From a candidate division FCPU426 bacterium (GTDB lineage Bacteria > Oederibacteriota > Muellerivitia > Muellerivitales > Muellerivitaceae): a stretch of DNA of 64,000 bases. The notes under the pieces were generated by a model. That model was not told where the DNA came from. It ran no database searches and saw only the letters and a program-made list of their open reading frames with translations. A program made the translations under genes and the position numbers. Of the stretch, positions 9,892-20,905 are shown one piece after another (the first letter of the stretch is position 1; every line of letters starts with the position of its first letter). Location of the stretch: contig CAVTWJ010000009.1 in assembly GCA_963738405.1 (NCBI GenBank), positions 96,001-160,000 of the forward strand, in the 5' to 3' direction.

Positions 9892-10335
9892 CTAATTTAA
9901 TCTAGGCTTAATAAATCCAATACCAATAAAACCAATTACACTTAATGCGAATTCATAAAAAATAAGATAATCCGAAAGATTATTAAAAAGACTTAAAACC
10001 GTAAGTAAGGCCATGAAAATCCACAAAAGACTACCGAACTTGAACATGTTTTTATTGCCAGTTCTAAGCGCCCATGCCACAAAAGGACTAATAAGAACCC
10101 CTGCCCAAATACTCATCACAAACATGATGATATTGAAATAAAAGAATATTTCCTGAATTTGAAAGGGCAATTTAAGGACTATGTGTATACAAATCATGAA
10201 AAAAATGAACAAACTGCTAGCAAAACAAAAACTAATTTGAAAAGCTTGTCGCAGTCGGGGTCTTACGTCGTTTCGGTAAAGAGTTACGAAGCTCATCAAA
10301 TACCCTCCTGTTCCGTACGATTTGCGAACAGTCAA
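9892..10335 (-). CDS. AT-rich hypothetical multi-TM membrane protein
   Basis: About four hydrophobic segments; 4-nt overlap with the upstream ORF. Confidence 0.6.
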   Translation of the reverse strand: MTVRKSYGTGGYLMSFVTLYRNDVRPRLRQAFQISFCFASSLFIFFMICIHIVLKLPFQIQEIFFYFNIIMFVMSIWAGVLISPFVAWALRTGNKNMFKFGSLLWIFMALLTVLSLFNNLSDYLIFYEFALSVIGFIGIGFIKPRLN

Positions 10336-10721
10336 ATTTGAGGTTTTCCGGAATATTCGTTAATTCTTTTTTCCAAATATGGCAACCATTCTTTCCGCAT
10401 ATTTTGAACAGAGGAATTTTTTGAAGCTGAAACATCGTTTAGAAATCTAAAAGAATGTCGAATATCCTCTTCTTTTGCACCAGGCTTTCTCAATTCGTGT
10501 GCAAGTTGTTCAACAAAAATTGTTGAAAATACAATCTGAGTACCTTCTGGCCCAGAATCACGAATTACATCCGCCTGGCGAAGAAGTTCTAAGGAATCGG
10601 AGGCGGTATTGTACGCTTCTTCCGATAAGCCTTCGTTTATTAGGCGTAGCGCTTTTCTGTACGCTGAATCTGCTTTCAAATAAATAAGAAAACTTTTTAT
10701 ATGTTTTGTAATATTCCACAT
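10332..10721 (-). CDS. AT-rich hypothetical helical protein
   Basis: 129-aa ORF with AGGA RBS. Confidence 0.6.
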   Translation of the reverse strand: MWNITKHIKSFLIYLKADSAYRKALRLINEGLSEEAYNTASDSLELLRQADVIRDSGPEGTQIVFSTIFVEQLAHELRKPGAKEEDIRHSFRFLNDVSASKNSSVQNMRKEWLPYLEKRINEYSGKPQI

Positions 10722-10819
10722 AAATCTATCCTAACGTTGAAATTTGCGACTCCTCGGGTTGGACTAGAACCTTAGTATAACTCTCGACCTTTATCGGAGA
10801 AGATGAAGGGTTAAAACCT

Positions 10820-12457
10820 TTATTTTTCGGCTAGCTCAATAGCGCCCTGCCAGTCCTTGGGAGGGTGACGGCGGTAGGTTTCGGCCATGGATTTCAAATA
10901 ACGGGCCGGGCGGTCCTGGGAGGGCAATTTATCCAAAATCTCATAGGCCCTCTCCCATTCTCCATTTTCAAAGGCTGACAAACCAAAGGCGAATAGCTCC
11001 TCATGGTCCTGGTTGGGGGTTTGGCCCGAGACGTGGTAAAGGTCTAAGGCGGTGGTCATGCCGACGGGAATAAACCGGCCCACGCGGCGGGTAAAGACCA
11101 CGCCGGGGGTTAACTTTTCAGCCACATCCTTGGTGATAAGCACCGGGACTTCAACGGTCTTGGTGATACCTTCCACCCGGGAGGCTTGGTTCACGATCGA
11201 ACCCATGACGGTATAAGAAAACAATTGTTTGGCCCCCATGGGCCCGGCAATGACTTCTCCTGTGTGGATGCCGATGCCGCAGCGCCAACCGGGCGCTACC
11301 TTGCCCAGGGCCTCCACCATCGCCAAGGCCGCGCGGCAGGCTTGGTTGATATGGTCGGTGTCGGAAAAGGGCACGTTCCAACAGGCCAGGATACCGTCTC
11401 CCAAAAACTGCAAGACCACCCCGTTTTCCCTAAAAATTTCTTCTGTCAAAGCTGTCATAACGTCCTTCAACTGCCGCATATGCAAAAGAACGTCTTCTTG
11501 GTTGCCCTCGATCAGCCTGGAAAAACCCCGGATGTCGAAAAACATGACGGTTCCTTCGGTCATGCGGGGTTCCAAATCCTTGGCGTCGGGGGCCTCGAAG
11601 ATTTTGGAAACAATAGCGCCCGAAAAAAAACGCTCCAGCCTTTTCTTGAACCCTTCGAGCCGGGACACCGAGAGGCTTCGGCCAACCATGTCGGCGATCA
11701 AGCCCGCCAGGCGGCAGCCTTCCTTCAGCGATTTTTCATCCCCGCCCTTGCCGCCCACATAAAACACCAGGGGCGCTTCGCCGGGCACCTGGTAGGTGGC
11801 GCAGATGGCCCATACGCCGTTCCAGGTATAGAGGGAAGGATGGGGGGACTCGGCCAGGGCCTCTTTGACCAGGTCTTCCGAAAATTTGGGTTCCTGCCCC
11901 TGGTCAAGGGTGGAATCCACCCCCAAAACCCTTCCGCCCACTTCGGCGATGCGGCTGAAGTGCCCCCCCGACACGGTGCGCAGCAGGCCCGCCACATGGG
12001 CGAAGGATTCGGCGGGGGATTTTAGGCGAAGAATTTCAGGAAGTTCCAAAAGGTCCAATAGGCGCAGGCGGTCGGACATCAGGCTTTTGCTGTAAACCTC
12101 CGGCGAGGCCATGGAATAACGCGAGAGGGGGGAATCACCCAGTTTTTCTTCCGAAATGGCGGTGGTAAAAACAAACCGGGTTTTGCCCACGACGAACTGG
12201 TCGCCCGGGTCCAAGGTAAAACTTTCCTCTTCCTTCCCCCGGTAATAGACGGGGTTGGTGGCGCCCTTGAGGCGGGTGACCGTCAGGCAGCCGGAATGGA
12301 AATTCAACTCCAAATGCCTGCGGCTTAAGAATCGCTCAAAGGGAACCACCCATTCGGCTTCCTCGTTGCGCCCCACCACCACGGCTTTGTTTTCCACCAG
12401 CTCGAACTGGGCGGTTTCCTTGCCCGGGCCCAAAACTTCCAGTTTGCCTTTAGACAT
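10820..12457 (-). CDS. FHA-domain class III nucleotide cyclase
   Basis: FHA GR..SRRH..N; cyclase FFDIRGFS, FLGDG, GIGIHTG, NQASRVE. Confidence 0.88.
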   Translation of the reverse strand: MSKGKLEVLGPGKETAQFELVENKAVVVGRNEEAEWVVPFERFLSRRHLELNFHSGCLTVTRLKGATNPVYYRGKEEESFTLDPGDQFVVGKTRFVFTTAISEEKLGDSPLSRYSMASPEVYSKSLMSDRLRLLDLLELPEILRLKSPAESFAHVAGLLRTVSGGHFSRIAEVGGRVLGVDSTLDQGQEPKFSEDLVKEALAESPHPSLYTWNGVWAICATYQVPGEAPLVFYVGGKGGDEKSLKEGCRLAGLIADMVGRSLSVSRLEGFKKRLERFFSGAIVSKIFEAPDAKDLEPRMTEGTVMFFDIRGFSRLIEGNQEDVLLHMRQLKDVMTALTEEIFRENGVVLQFLGDGILACWNVPFSDTDHINQACRAALAMVEALGKVAPGWRCGIGIHTGEVIAGPMGAKQLFSYTVMGSIVNQASRVEGITKTVEVPVLITKDVAEKLTPGVVFTRRVGRFIPVGMTTALDLYHVSGQTPNQDHEELFAFGLSAFENGEWERAYEILDKLPSQDRPARYLKSMAETYRRHPPKDWQGAIELAEK

Positions 12458-12458
12458 T

Positions 12459-15400
12459 TCAATGGTCTCCGTATTGGTTGAACAGTGAAAGCCAGTCATC
12501 CGAGGGGATAGGGTCCACCGAGCCGTGGCTGTTTAATTGGGCTTGGCCCGCCACCTCAGCCTGGAGGATTAGGTCTTTCGCGGATCGGCCGGAAAGAAGC
12601 CAGGAGCTGTCGAGGGTATGGATGACCCCGTCCGGGCCCAGCCAGAAAAAGGTTTTGCTGTCGGAGGCAAAGGCGGCGGTCCGGGGCTGGTTCAAGGGCA
12701 GGTTGCCCCCGATGGGTTCGCCCGTATGGGAATCCCAGAATTGCAAAAGGCCCTTGCCGTAAACACCGGCCAGGCCCTCGCCCCCTGGGCTGAAAGAAAG
12801 GCTTTGAGCCGGGGCGGGCGGATTCATGCGGGTTCCCAGCACCTCTCCCGTTTCCGTTTTCCAGAGTTGGCCCTTGCCGTCCGCGCCGAGGCTTAAGAGG
12901 GTTTGCCCCTCCGGGCTGTAGGAAAGGGAAACGACCCTGCCTCCCGGTTTCAAAGCCTTGGGCTTAGGTGTGCCGGAGATGATTTCATGGAACTGGACGG
13001 ACCCGGAAGAAGCCACCGCTACCCAGGTGCCCGCCGGATTCAAGGCCGCGGCTTCCACGCCCTTGTTCAGTTTCCACATGGGCTTGGAATTGATCGTGGG
13101 GGAAAGGGATAGACAGGCCAGGGAACCGCCCTGCTGCCAGGCGATCATGGAAAGATCCGCGGGGTGAAGCGAAAGCCTGCTGGCTTTGAACCCTAAATTA
13201 ACAGGGGAACCGGGAAGGGGGCCGGAGGCCAAATTCGAAACAAAAAGCTTCCCGCCGTTGGTTGAGACCGACAGAAATTTCCCGTCGGGGCTGAAGGCCA
13301 TCCCGAGGGCAGACGAATCCAAATCCAGGGGATGGAGGTCCCCGGTTGCCAGGTTGACCCATAGGCAGGCTTGCGAACCGGCGATCAACAGTTTGGAATC
13401 GTCAGGGCTGAAGAGCGCCTTGCTGACTGTTCCGGGAAATACCAGGGCCTTGCCGATCGGGTTGCCGCTGGCGGTATCCCAAATTTGGGCGGCCTTTCCG
13501 CCGAAGGTCAGGACTTTCTTTCCGTCATGGGAGAAAAGGGCGAAGGGGGCTGTGAAAACCTTGGCGATGGGGCTAGAGGAGGATTGGGGGTTCGCCCCCG
13601 ATTCCGAAAGGTCCCATAGCCTGACTAAGCCGTCCTTGCCCCCGGTGACCGCCAAACGCCCGGAAGGGCTGAGTGCCGCGGTGGTGATGGCATCGCCGTG
13701 CCAAAGGGTGCGCCCCAAAAGCTTGCCGGTCGCGATTTCCCAAAGATGGGCCTGATGGTCGGCCCCGGCGGTTAGGGCCATCTTGCCTGAGCCTCCTGAA
13801 ACCCAGGCCAGTACACGGCCCTTATGAGCGAAAAGAGTTTTGGATACTTGGTGTGTCCGAAACGAGAAAATCCGAACCATGCCGTCGCCATGGGAAATGG
13901 TATTGACCATGAAAGTCTTTCCATCCGCTAAGGGGTTAAAAAGCGCCCCGGACCCGTCGAAATAAACGGGATGGCCCTGTTTGTGGCCGTCATGGTCGTA
14001 GAAACGGATATTGCCGTCCCAATCGCTAAAGAGAATGGTTTTTCCATCGGGGCTATAGGCCATGGAGGGCAGGTACCAGGCGGGCGCGCCCTGAAAGGAA
14101 ACCTTCACCGGGTCGCCCTGGTGGTCGGCGTTATCCGGGTTCCATTGCTGGGCGATGCCGTTTTTATTGAGGGTCAAGACCCTGCTGGAATCAGGGCTGA
14201 AGAGGGCTTCCGCAACTGGAGCTCCGGCCTGGATGGCCGTGGGGCGGGGCTTGTTGTCCTTAACTGTAAAAACCTGGGCGGTGCCATCCTGGTTTCCGGC
14301 GATAAGATATTTTCCGTCGGGGCTGAGGGCGAGACAGGAAATGCCTTCTTTTCCCTCCAGCGAAGCAAGGGAAGAACCGCCTTCCCTCAGGTTCAAAAGC
14401 CGGATATCGCCGTCTTTTCCCGCGACGACCATCTTTCCCCCGTCCGAACTTAAGAAATAGGCCTGCAGGGAACCTCCGATCTTAAAGGTTTTTATTAGAG
14501 ACCCTGTTTCGGGGTTCCAGAGCTTCAAGGGGCCTTCTTCCCCGGCGGTTAAAATTTCTTTGCCCGAGGGGGTGAACCAAGCCCCGATGAGGGGCGATTT
14601 TTGATCCATCACGCGAAGGGGAATGGGCGGCATGTTGATGGCCGCGCTGCCACGGGCCAGGGCGGAGGGAAAAAGCTTGTTGGAATCGGCGAAGAAGGCC
14701 ACGGCTGAGGGTTGGTCGCCTTTATCTAAAAAGTCCCGGCCCCTCAAAATCTCGCTGAAGGCCTGGTCGGAAAGCTGGGATTGTTCCTTTTGTTTGTTGA
14801 TCAGGTAGGCCGCGAAGACCCCGCAAAGGGCCAGCAAGGCCACCAAAAGAACGAGCCAGAAGCGGGTCACGAACTTGCCCAACCAATAGGCCGGGTCGTG
14901 GGATAGCGGGGAAACGGGTTTTCCCTCGCGCCGGTTCTTGAGATCCTTCAATACCTCATTGACCGAGGCGTAGCGTTTAAGAGGGTTGGGGTGCATGCAC
15001 TTGGCCACGATGGCGGACAAGTCCCGGTCCACCTTGCCCTTGGTGAGGATGTGAAGCTCGGGTACCGGCGTGCCTAAGATTGCGTCGCGGTAAATGCGCA
15101 GGCGCTCGGCGGTTTCGGGGGTGTTTTCAAGCACCTGGCCGATTTCGCGGTGGGGCACCAAGCCGGAGACCAGGGCATAAACCGTGCAACCCATGGCGTA
15201 GATATCCCAACGTCCGTCGGGCTGGAGGGGATGGTCCAGGTCGGGTTTGATCGCCTGTTCGGGCGCCATGTAAAAAAGGGTTCCCAGGGCGCTGCCCGAT
15301 TCGCTCATGACGCGGGAATGGCCAAAGTCAGCCACCCGGACGTTTCCTTCCTCATCCAGCAAAACGTTCGCGGGTTTCAGGTCGCAATGAACCATTTGTT

Positions 15401-15914
15401 TGGCGTGCACATAGGCGAGGGCGCTGGCGATCTGCTCCATCCATTGGACGATCCGGTCCAGCCCCTTGGCGTCGGGCCCGCCATGGTTGGAGTGATCCAG
15501 GTGTTTTTCGAGCGAGCCTTCGCGAGCCAGGTCCATCACGTAATAGGGAGGGTCGGCGGTGAAGTCGGCATCCAGCATGGAAACAATGTTGGGGTGCTTG
15601 TCCAGGCGAATCAGGCGCTCCACCTCGCGCTGTAAAAACATCCACTGCACACCGGCTTTTTTAAGGAAGACCTTTACGGCGACGAAGCGGTGGGTGCGCA
15701 CTTGAATGGCTTCCCAAACCTGGGCGTAGGCTCCCCGGCCGATGGGCTGAAGCAGCATATAGCCGGGGATGCGCGGGGCTTCCTCGTTTTGCTTGAATTC
15801 TTCGGTCTCAGAAAGGTCCTGCGAGACCTTTTGCGAATCCTCGGTCTGGGCCATGGTGTGGAAAAGATTGGAGGAGGAGGTGGGGCTGGGGCTGGCTTTG
15901 GGGTCGGACTCCAT
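12459..15914 (-). CDS. Ser/Thr protein kinase with TM helix and WD40 repeats
   Basis: GRGAYA, VAVK, HCDLKPANV, DFG, YMAPE; TM at about aa 345-370; repeated SPDG/WD units. Confidence 0.92.
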   Translation of the reverse strand: MESDPKASPSPTSSSNLFHTMAQTEDSQKVSQDLSETEEFKQNEEAPRIPGYMLLQPIGRGAYAQVWEAIQVRTHRFVAVKVFLKKAGVQWMFLQREVERLIRLDKHPNIVSMLDADFTADPPYYVMDLAREGSLEKHLDHSNHGGPDAKGLDRIVQWMEQIASALAYVHAKQMVHCDLKPANVLLDEEGNVRVADFGHSRVMSESGSALGTLFYMAPEQAIKPDLDHPLQPDGRWDIYAMGCTVYALVSGLVPHREIGQVLENTPETAERLRIYRDAILGTPVPELHILTKGKVDRDLSAIVAKCMHPNPLKRYASVNEVLKDLKNRREGKPVSPLSHDPAYWLGKFVTRFWLVLLVALLALCGVFAAYLINKQKEQSQLSDQAFSEILRGRDFLDKGDQPSAVAFFADSNKLFPSALARGSAAINMPPIPLRVMDQKSPLIGAWFTPSGKEILTAGEEGPLKLWNPETGSLIKTFKIGGSLQAYFLSSDGGKMVVAGKDGDIRLLNLREGGSSLASLEGKEGISCLALSPDGKYLIAGNQDGTAQVFTVKDNKPRPTAIQAGAPVAEALFSPDSSRVLTLNKNGIAQQWNPDNADHQGDPVKVSFQGAPAWYLPSMAYSPDGKTILFSDWDGNIRFYDHDGHKQGHPVYFDGSGALFNPLADGKTFMVNTISHGDGMVRIFSFRTHQVSKTLFAHKGRVLAWVSGGSGKMALTAGADHQAHLWEIATGKLLGRTLWHGDAITTAALSPSGRLAVTGGKDGLVRLWDLSESGANPQSSSSPIAKVFTAPFALFSHDGKKVLTFGGKAAQIWDTASGNPIGKALVFPGTVSKALFSPDDSKLLIAGSQACLWVNLATGDLHPLDLDSSALGMAFSPDGKFLSVSTNGGKLFVSNLASGPLPGSPVNLGFKASRLSLHPADLSMIAWQQGGSLACLSLSPTINSKPMWKLNKGVEAAALNPAGTWVAVASSGSVQFHEIISGTPKPKALKPGGRVVSLSYSPEGQTLLSLGADGKGQLWKTETGEVLGTRMNPPAPAQSLSFSPGGEGLAGVYGKGLLQFWDSHTGEPIGGNLPLNQPRTAAFASDSKTFFWLGPDGVIHTLDSSWLLSGRSAKDLILQAEVAGQAQLNSHGSVDPIPSDDWLSLFNQYGDH

Positions 15915-16105
15915 GAAAGCCTCGAAAAAAGAAGATGGCCGGAAACCGCGTCAAAGGGTTCCAGAACTGGGGTTATTTCGGAGAATCATAATCGAAAAAA
16001 ACGCCGATAGGAAAGATACACGTCCCTTAAATAGAGGGCTGAAAAAGGGGAAGTTACCTGGACTTAACAAGAGTTATTAGAAAGCCGATGAAATAGTCAT
16101 GAAAT

Positions 16106-16540
16106 CTAGCGGATGATTCTTTCCCAATTTTCAATTTTTCCCGGAACCGCTCTAAAAGAAGGATGGGGTTGGGGTGACGTGATGGGGGGTAAAAGTTTCA
16201 GGCGCGAAGGGTCCCTTTGACGCAATTTTTTCCGCAGATGCCGCCTTTCGTACTGAAGTTGGCCCAGCGTGACTGGGATAGCCTTCGCTTTTATCGCTCC
16301 GGCCACCTTTTGGCGCTGGAAGGAATATCCCCGCTCCTTTGATTCATTCCAAATCTGGAACAGATACCATTTGATGGCGGCTTTGGGAGAAGGCTGGCTT
16401 TGAAAGCGTTCCAACTGGGGATGGTGACGATAGCCTTTGGTTTTACCTTGAAGGACCTTTTGGGCTAAAAGGCCTTCCCGCCAAAGGGCCACCAGGCCTT
16501 TCGCGTCCAGATACTTTGGATGAAGGGACCAAAGGCGCAT
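16106..16540 (-). CDS. Pyrimidine-dimer DNA glycosylase/T4 endonuclease V family protein
   Basis: MRLWSLHPKYLDAKGLVALWREGLLAQ...GYRHHPQL. Confidence 0.82.
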   Translation of the reverse strand: MRLWSLHPKYLDAKGLVALWREGLLAQKVLQGKTKGYRHHPQLERFQSQPSPKAAIKWYLFQIWNESKERGYSFQRQKVAGAIKAKAIPVTLGQLQYERRHLRKKLRQRDPSRLKLLPPITSPQPHPSFRAVPGKIENWERIIR

Positions 16541-16559
16541 ACCTACGAGTCTCTTTTCA

Positions 16560-17135
16560 TTACCAATGGATTCCGGTAAAGGCGTAGATCCACCAGGTTC
16601 CCTGAAAAATCACGATGGTGAGGAGCAGGACCTGGACCCAGGACTGGATTCCCCGCTTATATAAAATCCACGCCGAGAGGCAGACCAGGGCCCATTCAAT
16701 GGTGGCGACGATGGCCCCGTGGTAGGCCGGTTCGTAATAGGAAAGGGGGCCGGAAAAGGTCCAACGGCTGAAGGGCACAAAATGCTCGTGAGGATAAACG
16801 GCGTGCACGAAAAAATCCTCAAAATCGTGCAAAAGCATGCTGAGGAAAAACACCCAACCCCATTCTTTCTTGAAAAGCAGGCAAACCAGAATACCCGTCA
16901 GGGCCAGGGGGATGGAATGGCCCCAGTCGATGAGGAAACGGTAGTAGGGGAAATAAAAAAAACGGCCTGGGAGGGAAAGGTGGAAAAGGCGCGAACCGGT
17001 GGGGATCAAAAAGAAAAACAAGATCATGGGCAGGTCGGGAAGGATGGCTCCTAAAACTGCGGGCCAATGGCGCTGGGGTTTGTCCTTACGGCCCAAAAGG
17101 GCGGCATTCAGGATGGCGTGGCTGGTGGTGATCAT
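16560..17135 (-). CDS. Membrane protein, YdjM-like metal-dependent hydrolase
   Basis: H...GAILPD...HS...LHDFED; several TM segments. Confidence 0.65.
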   Translation of the reverse strand: MITTSHAILNAALLGRKDKPQRHWPAVLGAILPDLPMILFFFLIPTGSRLFHLSLPGRFFYFPYYRFLIDWGHSIPLALTGILVCLLFKKEWGWVFFLSMLLHDFEDFFVHAVYPHEHFVPFSRWTFSGPLSYYEPAYHGAIVATIEWALVCLSAWILYKRGIQSWVQVLLLTIVIFQGTWWIYAFTGIHW

Positions 17136-17172
17136 GGAGCCGTATCGATTTCTTTGAAAGCCGTTGGGTCGA

Positions 17173-19176
17173 TCAGGCTTTAAGACTTTCCTTCGCCGCC
17201 GCCACCACGTTTTCGGGGGTGAACCCTAGGTTTTTCATGGCCACGGGGCCTGGGGCGCTGGCGCCAAAACGTTCCAGCGTCACGAAACGGCCCTTGTCCC
17301 CCGTCCAGCGGTGCCAGCCGAAGGAAGTGGCGGCTTCCACTACGACCCTGGCCTTTACCGAGGAAGGAAGAACTTCCTCTTGGTAGGAGGCGGGTTGGGA
17401 AGCGAAAAGTTCCAGCGAGGGGGCGCTGATGACGCGGGCGAATATACCTTCCCTCTCCAGCATTTCCTGGGCCTTGAGGCAAAGCTGAACCTCGGAACCG
17501 GTGCCGATCAACAACACTTGGGACTTGCCGCCCTTGGCTTCCGAAAGGGTGTAGGCGCCTTTTAAAAGACCCGAGGCCGAGGCGGTTTTAGACCGGTCAA
17601 AAGTGGGCACGGCTTGGCGGGTCAAGACGAGCGCAGTCGGGGCGCTTTTGCGCTCCAACGCCACCTTCCAGGCGTAGGAAACTTCGTTGGAATCGGCGGG
17701 GCGGATAATACAGGCGTTGGGAGTGGACCTCATGGCGGCTAGGGTTTCCACCGGCTGATGGGTGGGGCCATCTTCGCCCTGCCCGATGGAATCGTGCGTG
17801 AAAACGAAGATGGACTGAACGCCCATCAAGTGGGCCAGGCGGAAGGCGGGCTTCATATAGTCGTTGAACATGAGGAAAGTTCCGCCGAAGGCGATGACCC
17901 CGCCGTGCAGAGCCATGCCGTTAAGGGAAGCGGCCATGGCGTGTTCGCGGATGCCAAAATGGAAGATGCGGTTTTGGTACTGGCCAGCCTCAAAATCCCC
18001 GCCGCCCACGATATTGGTGTCGTTAGAACCCGCTAGGTCGGCGGAGCCACCGAAAAAGAAGGGAACTTCATTGGCGATGACGTTGAGGACCTTTCCGGAG
18101 GCCGAACGGGTGGCCAGGCCCTTTTCATCTGCAGGGAAAACCGGAAGTTTTGAATCCAAGTCCTTGGGAAGTTCCTTGGTCAGGGCCTGTTGAAAGAGGC
18201 TGAACTTTGCGGGGTCCGCCTTGGCGAAAGTGTCCCTCTTTTGGTTCCAATCCTGCTCCGCTTTTTTGCCTTTCTCAACTGATTCAAGGCAGCGTTGTTT
18301 GGCTTCCTCAGGGATGTAAAAGGCGGGTTCCTGCGGCCATTTGAAGAATTCCTTGGTGGCTTTCACGTGTTCAGCGGAAAGGGCGCTACCGTGGGCCTTG
18401 GCGCTGTCCTGAACCGGACTGCCGTAGCCGATGTGGCTTCGAACGGAGATAAGAGTGGGTCTTTCCTTTTCGGCCAGGGCTTCTTCCATGGCCTTTTCCA
18501 AGGCGCCAAGGTCGTTGGCGTCGGAGACCCGAAGGGTATGCCAGCCGTAGGATTCAAAACGCTTTAATACGTCCTCGCTGAAGGCAAGGTTGGTATCGCC
18601 CTCGATGGAAATGTGGTTGTCGTCGTAGATCACCTTGAGCCCGGAGAGCTTCAGATGCCCCGCAAGCGAACAGGATTCGTGGGAAACGCCTTCTTCCAAA
18701 TCGCCGTCGGAGGCAATGACCCAGGTGTTGTGGTTAACCAGTTCGTCGCCGAAGCGGGCGGCTAAAATGCGTTCCGCCATGGCCATCCCCACCGAGGTGG
18801 CGATGCCTTGGCCCAAGGGCCCCGTGGTAGTTTCGACGCCGACCGTATGGCCGTATTCGGGATGGCCGGGTGTCTTGCTGCCCCATTGGCGGAAATTTTT
18901 AAGGTCTTCCAGGGTCAAGCCGTAGCCGTGCAGGTGGAGCAGGGAATAGATCAGCATGGAACCGTGGCCCGCCGAAAGCACGAACCGGTCCCGGTTGAAC
19001 CAATGGGGGTTGGAAGGATTATGTTTCAGAATGCGGCTAAAGAGCACGTGGGCGACGGGAGCCATTCCCATGGGCATGCCGGGGTGGCCCGAGTTGGCCT
19101 TGAAGGTGGCGTCCACGGCCAGGAGGCGGATGCTATTGACGGCTAGTTGGTCGGCTTGGTCGAACGGTTTAGACAT
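17173..19176 (-). CDS. tkt: Transketolase
   Basis: [31 protein letters not shown]. Confidence 0.97.
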   Translation of the reverse strand: MSKPFDQADQLAVNSIRLLAVDATFKANSGHPGMPMGMAPVAHVLFSRILKHNPSNPHWFNRDRFVLSAGHGSMLIYSLLHLHGYGLTLEDLKNFRQWGSKTPGHPEYGHTVGVETTTGPLGQGIATSVGMAMAERILAARFGDELVNHNTWVIASDGDLEEGVSHESCSLAGHLKLSGLKVIYDDNHISIEGDTNLAFSEDVLKRFESYGWHTLRVSDANDLGALEKAMEEALAEKERPTLISVRSHIGYGSPVQDSAKAHGSALSAEHVKATKEFFKWPQEPAFYIPEEAKQRCLESVEKGKKAEQDWNQKRDTFAKADPAKFSLFQQALTKELPKDLDSKLPVFPADEKGLATRSASGKVLNVIANEVPFFFGGSADLAGSNDTNIVGGGDFEAGQYQNRIFHFGIREHAMAASLNGMALHGGVIAFGGTFLMFNDYMKPAFRLAHLMGVQSIFVFTHDSIGQGEDGPTHQPVETLAAMRSTPNACIIRPADSNEVSYAWKVALERKSAPTALVLTRQAVPTFDRSKTASASGLLKGAYTLSEAKGGKSQVLLIGTGSEVQLCLKAQEMLEREGIFARVISAPSLELFASQPASYQEEVLPSSVKARVVVEAATSFGWHRWTGDKGRFVTLERFGASAPGPVAMKNLGFTPENVVAAAKESLKA

Positions 19177-19315
19177 GATGTCCCCTTTGGGATTTGAAAA
19201 AGATTTCAGCGGATTCAAGAATCTCTTTAAAGAAGGGCACTATCTTAAAGGGAAGGTTTTCCCAAAGGAAGGGATGAAAAGTAAAACCCAAGAAAAAGAT
19301 GGGCGGAAAATTTCG

Positions 19316-19762
19316 TCAGATCTTCTGGCGGTTGGTGTATCCCCCTTCGAGGGGATGCCAGTGGGCAACTTCTTTTTCGTCTTCCCGCCAGCATAAAAAC
19401 ACGATTTCAGGGCCGCGGCGGCTGTAAAAATCCACCAAGCCTGATTCCAGATCTTTTATGAAAACGCCCTGGGTTTGGAGTTCCTCCAGCAGACTCTCAA
19501 AGTGACGGCTGAGATCCTGCAAGGCGCCCATCTGGGTGGCGATGGCGGCTTCGGCGGCGGAGGTCAGCACATTATTGGGACCGGAACCGGTCATTTCCTC
19601 GATTTGGATCTGGGCCTCGACCCGGAGAACCCTCTGCCGCAGCTCGCGAAGGGCGGCCAGCGCGCGGCGGACCCGTGGAATAAGCGAATTGGCTTCGTCG
19701 ACCGAAATGAGTTTGATCGGAATTTCACCTGGGTTCATGGGGGTAAGGCTCCTTTCTTTCAT
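19316..19762 (-). CDS. DUF2203-family protein
   Basis: EANSLIP...IKDLESGLVDF...FLCWREDE...HWH. Confidence 0.82.
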   Translation of the reverse strand: MKERSLTPMNPGEIPIKLISVDEANSLIPRVRRALAALRELRQRVLRVEAQIQIEEMTGSGPNNVLTSAAEAAIATQMGALQDLSRHFESLLEELQTQGVFIKDLESGLVDFYSRRGPEIVFLCWREDEKEVAHWHPLEGGYTNRQKI

Positions 19763-19770
19763 TTTAAGAT

Positions 19771-20799
19771 TTGCCTAAGATGCCAACAAGGGAAAAACGG
19801 GAGACAATTTTGGGATACGGGAAAATTATCCGGAGGATCATGGAATATGGCGTCTTGGCGCCGTCGGTTTATAACAGCCAGCCCTGGCTTTTTCAACCGG
19901 ATGAGAAGCGGGGAAGTTTAGACCTTTATGCCGACTTGAAAAGAGCCAGGCCGGTTGGCATCGACCCCCAGTTACGTGATTTATACCTGGCACTGGGAGC
20001 CTGTGCCGAATTCATGGCGATCGCGGCCTCGGGTTTGGGATGGGCGGCGGAAGTTATTCCCTTTCCTCGAGGTAAGGAGGTGTCGAATACCGCGGCAAGA
20101 TTGGTTTTCAAGCCGCAGGATGATGTGGAACCTGAGGAGATATTTTCTGCCCTTTTAACCCGGCAAACCCATGGCGGGCCCTATCAAAATGATCCGGTGG
20201 GGGAGGTGCGTTTAGAAAGACTTCGGAAGATATCATCCCCAACGGATCAAGAGCATCTGGAGTTCTTAACCGATCCCAAGGACCTGGAGGCTTTCCGTCG
20301 GTTCCATGAGGATCTGGGCCAAGCGGTTCTTAAGCGGGAGGATCTTATTCAGGAGGCGCAAGGCTGGGCCCGAAAAGATTCCAATGCCCTGGACGGGATT
20401 TCTTTTTCTTCCGCGGGATTGAATCCTGGCCCTCTTTTGTCCCTTCTCCCCCTGGCTTGGGAAAGGAAGGCGGCCCGCAGGATGATCTTACAAAGCCAAG
20501 GAGGCACGACCTCGGCTTATATTTACATGAGCACTTCCCAACCGGGTCCGGAAGCTTATTTTCGATCGGGCCGTTGGCAGGCCCGCTTGCGGCTGACCTT
20601 GACGGTGCTGGAGCTGGCTTGTGAAGGTTTGAATCTTCCCCTCACTTTCGACGAAAGCCAACCGGCGCTTTTTAACTTATTAAACATTCCTAGTGGCGAA
20701 CGGCTTTTGTGGTTTGCCCGTATCGGCTCTCCTCTTCAAAAACACTGGCCCCGGACCCAACGACGAGATCCGGCGCAGTGCCTGTTAACCCCGAATTAA
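19771..20799 (+). CDS. Acg-family nitroreductase-like protein
   Basis: LAPSVYNSQPW, RQTHGGPY, C-terminal R-I-G...RR. Confidence 0.75.
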   Translation: MPKMPTREKRETILGYGKIIRRIMEYGVLAPSVYNSQPWLFQPDEKRGSLDLYADLKRARPVGIDPQLRDLYLALGACAEFMAIAASGLGWAAEVIPFPRGKEVSNTAARLVFKPQDDVEPEEIFSALLTRQTHGGPYQNDPVGEVRLERLRKISSPTDQEHLEFLTDPKDLEAFRRFHEDLGQAVLKREDLIQEAQGWARKDSNALDGISFSSAGLNPGPLLSLLPLAWERKAARRMILQSQGGTTSAYIYMSTSQPGPEAYFRSGRWQARLRLTLTVLELACEGLNLPLTFDESQPALFNLLNIPSGERLLWFARIGSPLQKHWPRTQRRDPAQCLLTPN

Positions 20800-20869
20800 T
20801 CTTTCTACCCTGGATATTTAAGAACCCCAGTACAAGGATGGGGGGCCGTAAAAAAATGCGTTTCATCTG

Positions 20870-20898
20870 TTGACAATTAATTCCAATTGGAATAGTTT
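20870..20898 (+). promoter_or_regulatory. Sigma70 promoter containing a 14-bp palindromic operator ATTCCAATTGGAAT (20880-20893)
   Basis: TTGACA-17 bp-TAGTTT; ATG 7 nt downstream. Confidence 0.75.
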
Positions 20899-20905
20899 AC
20901 CATCC

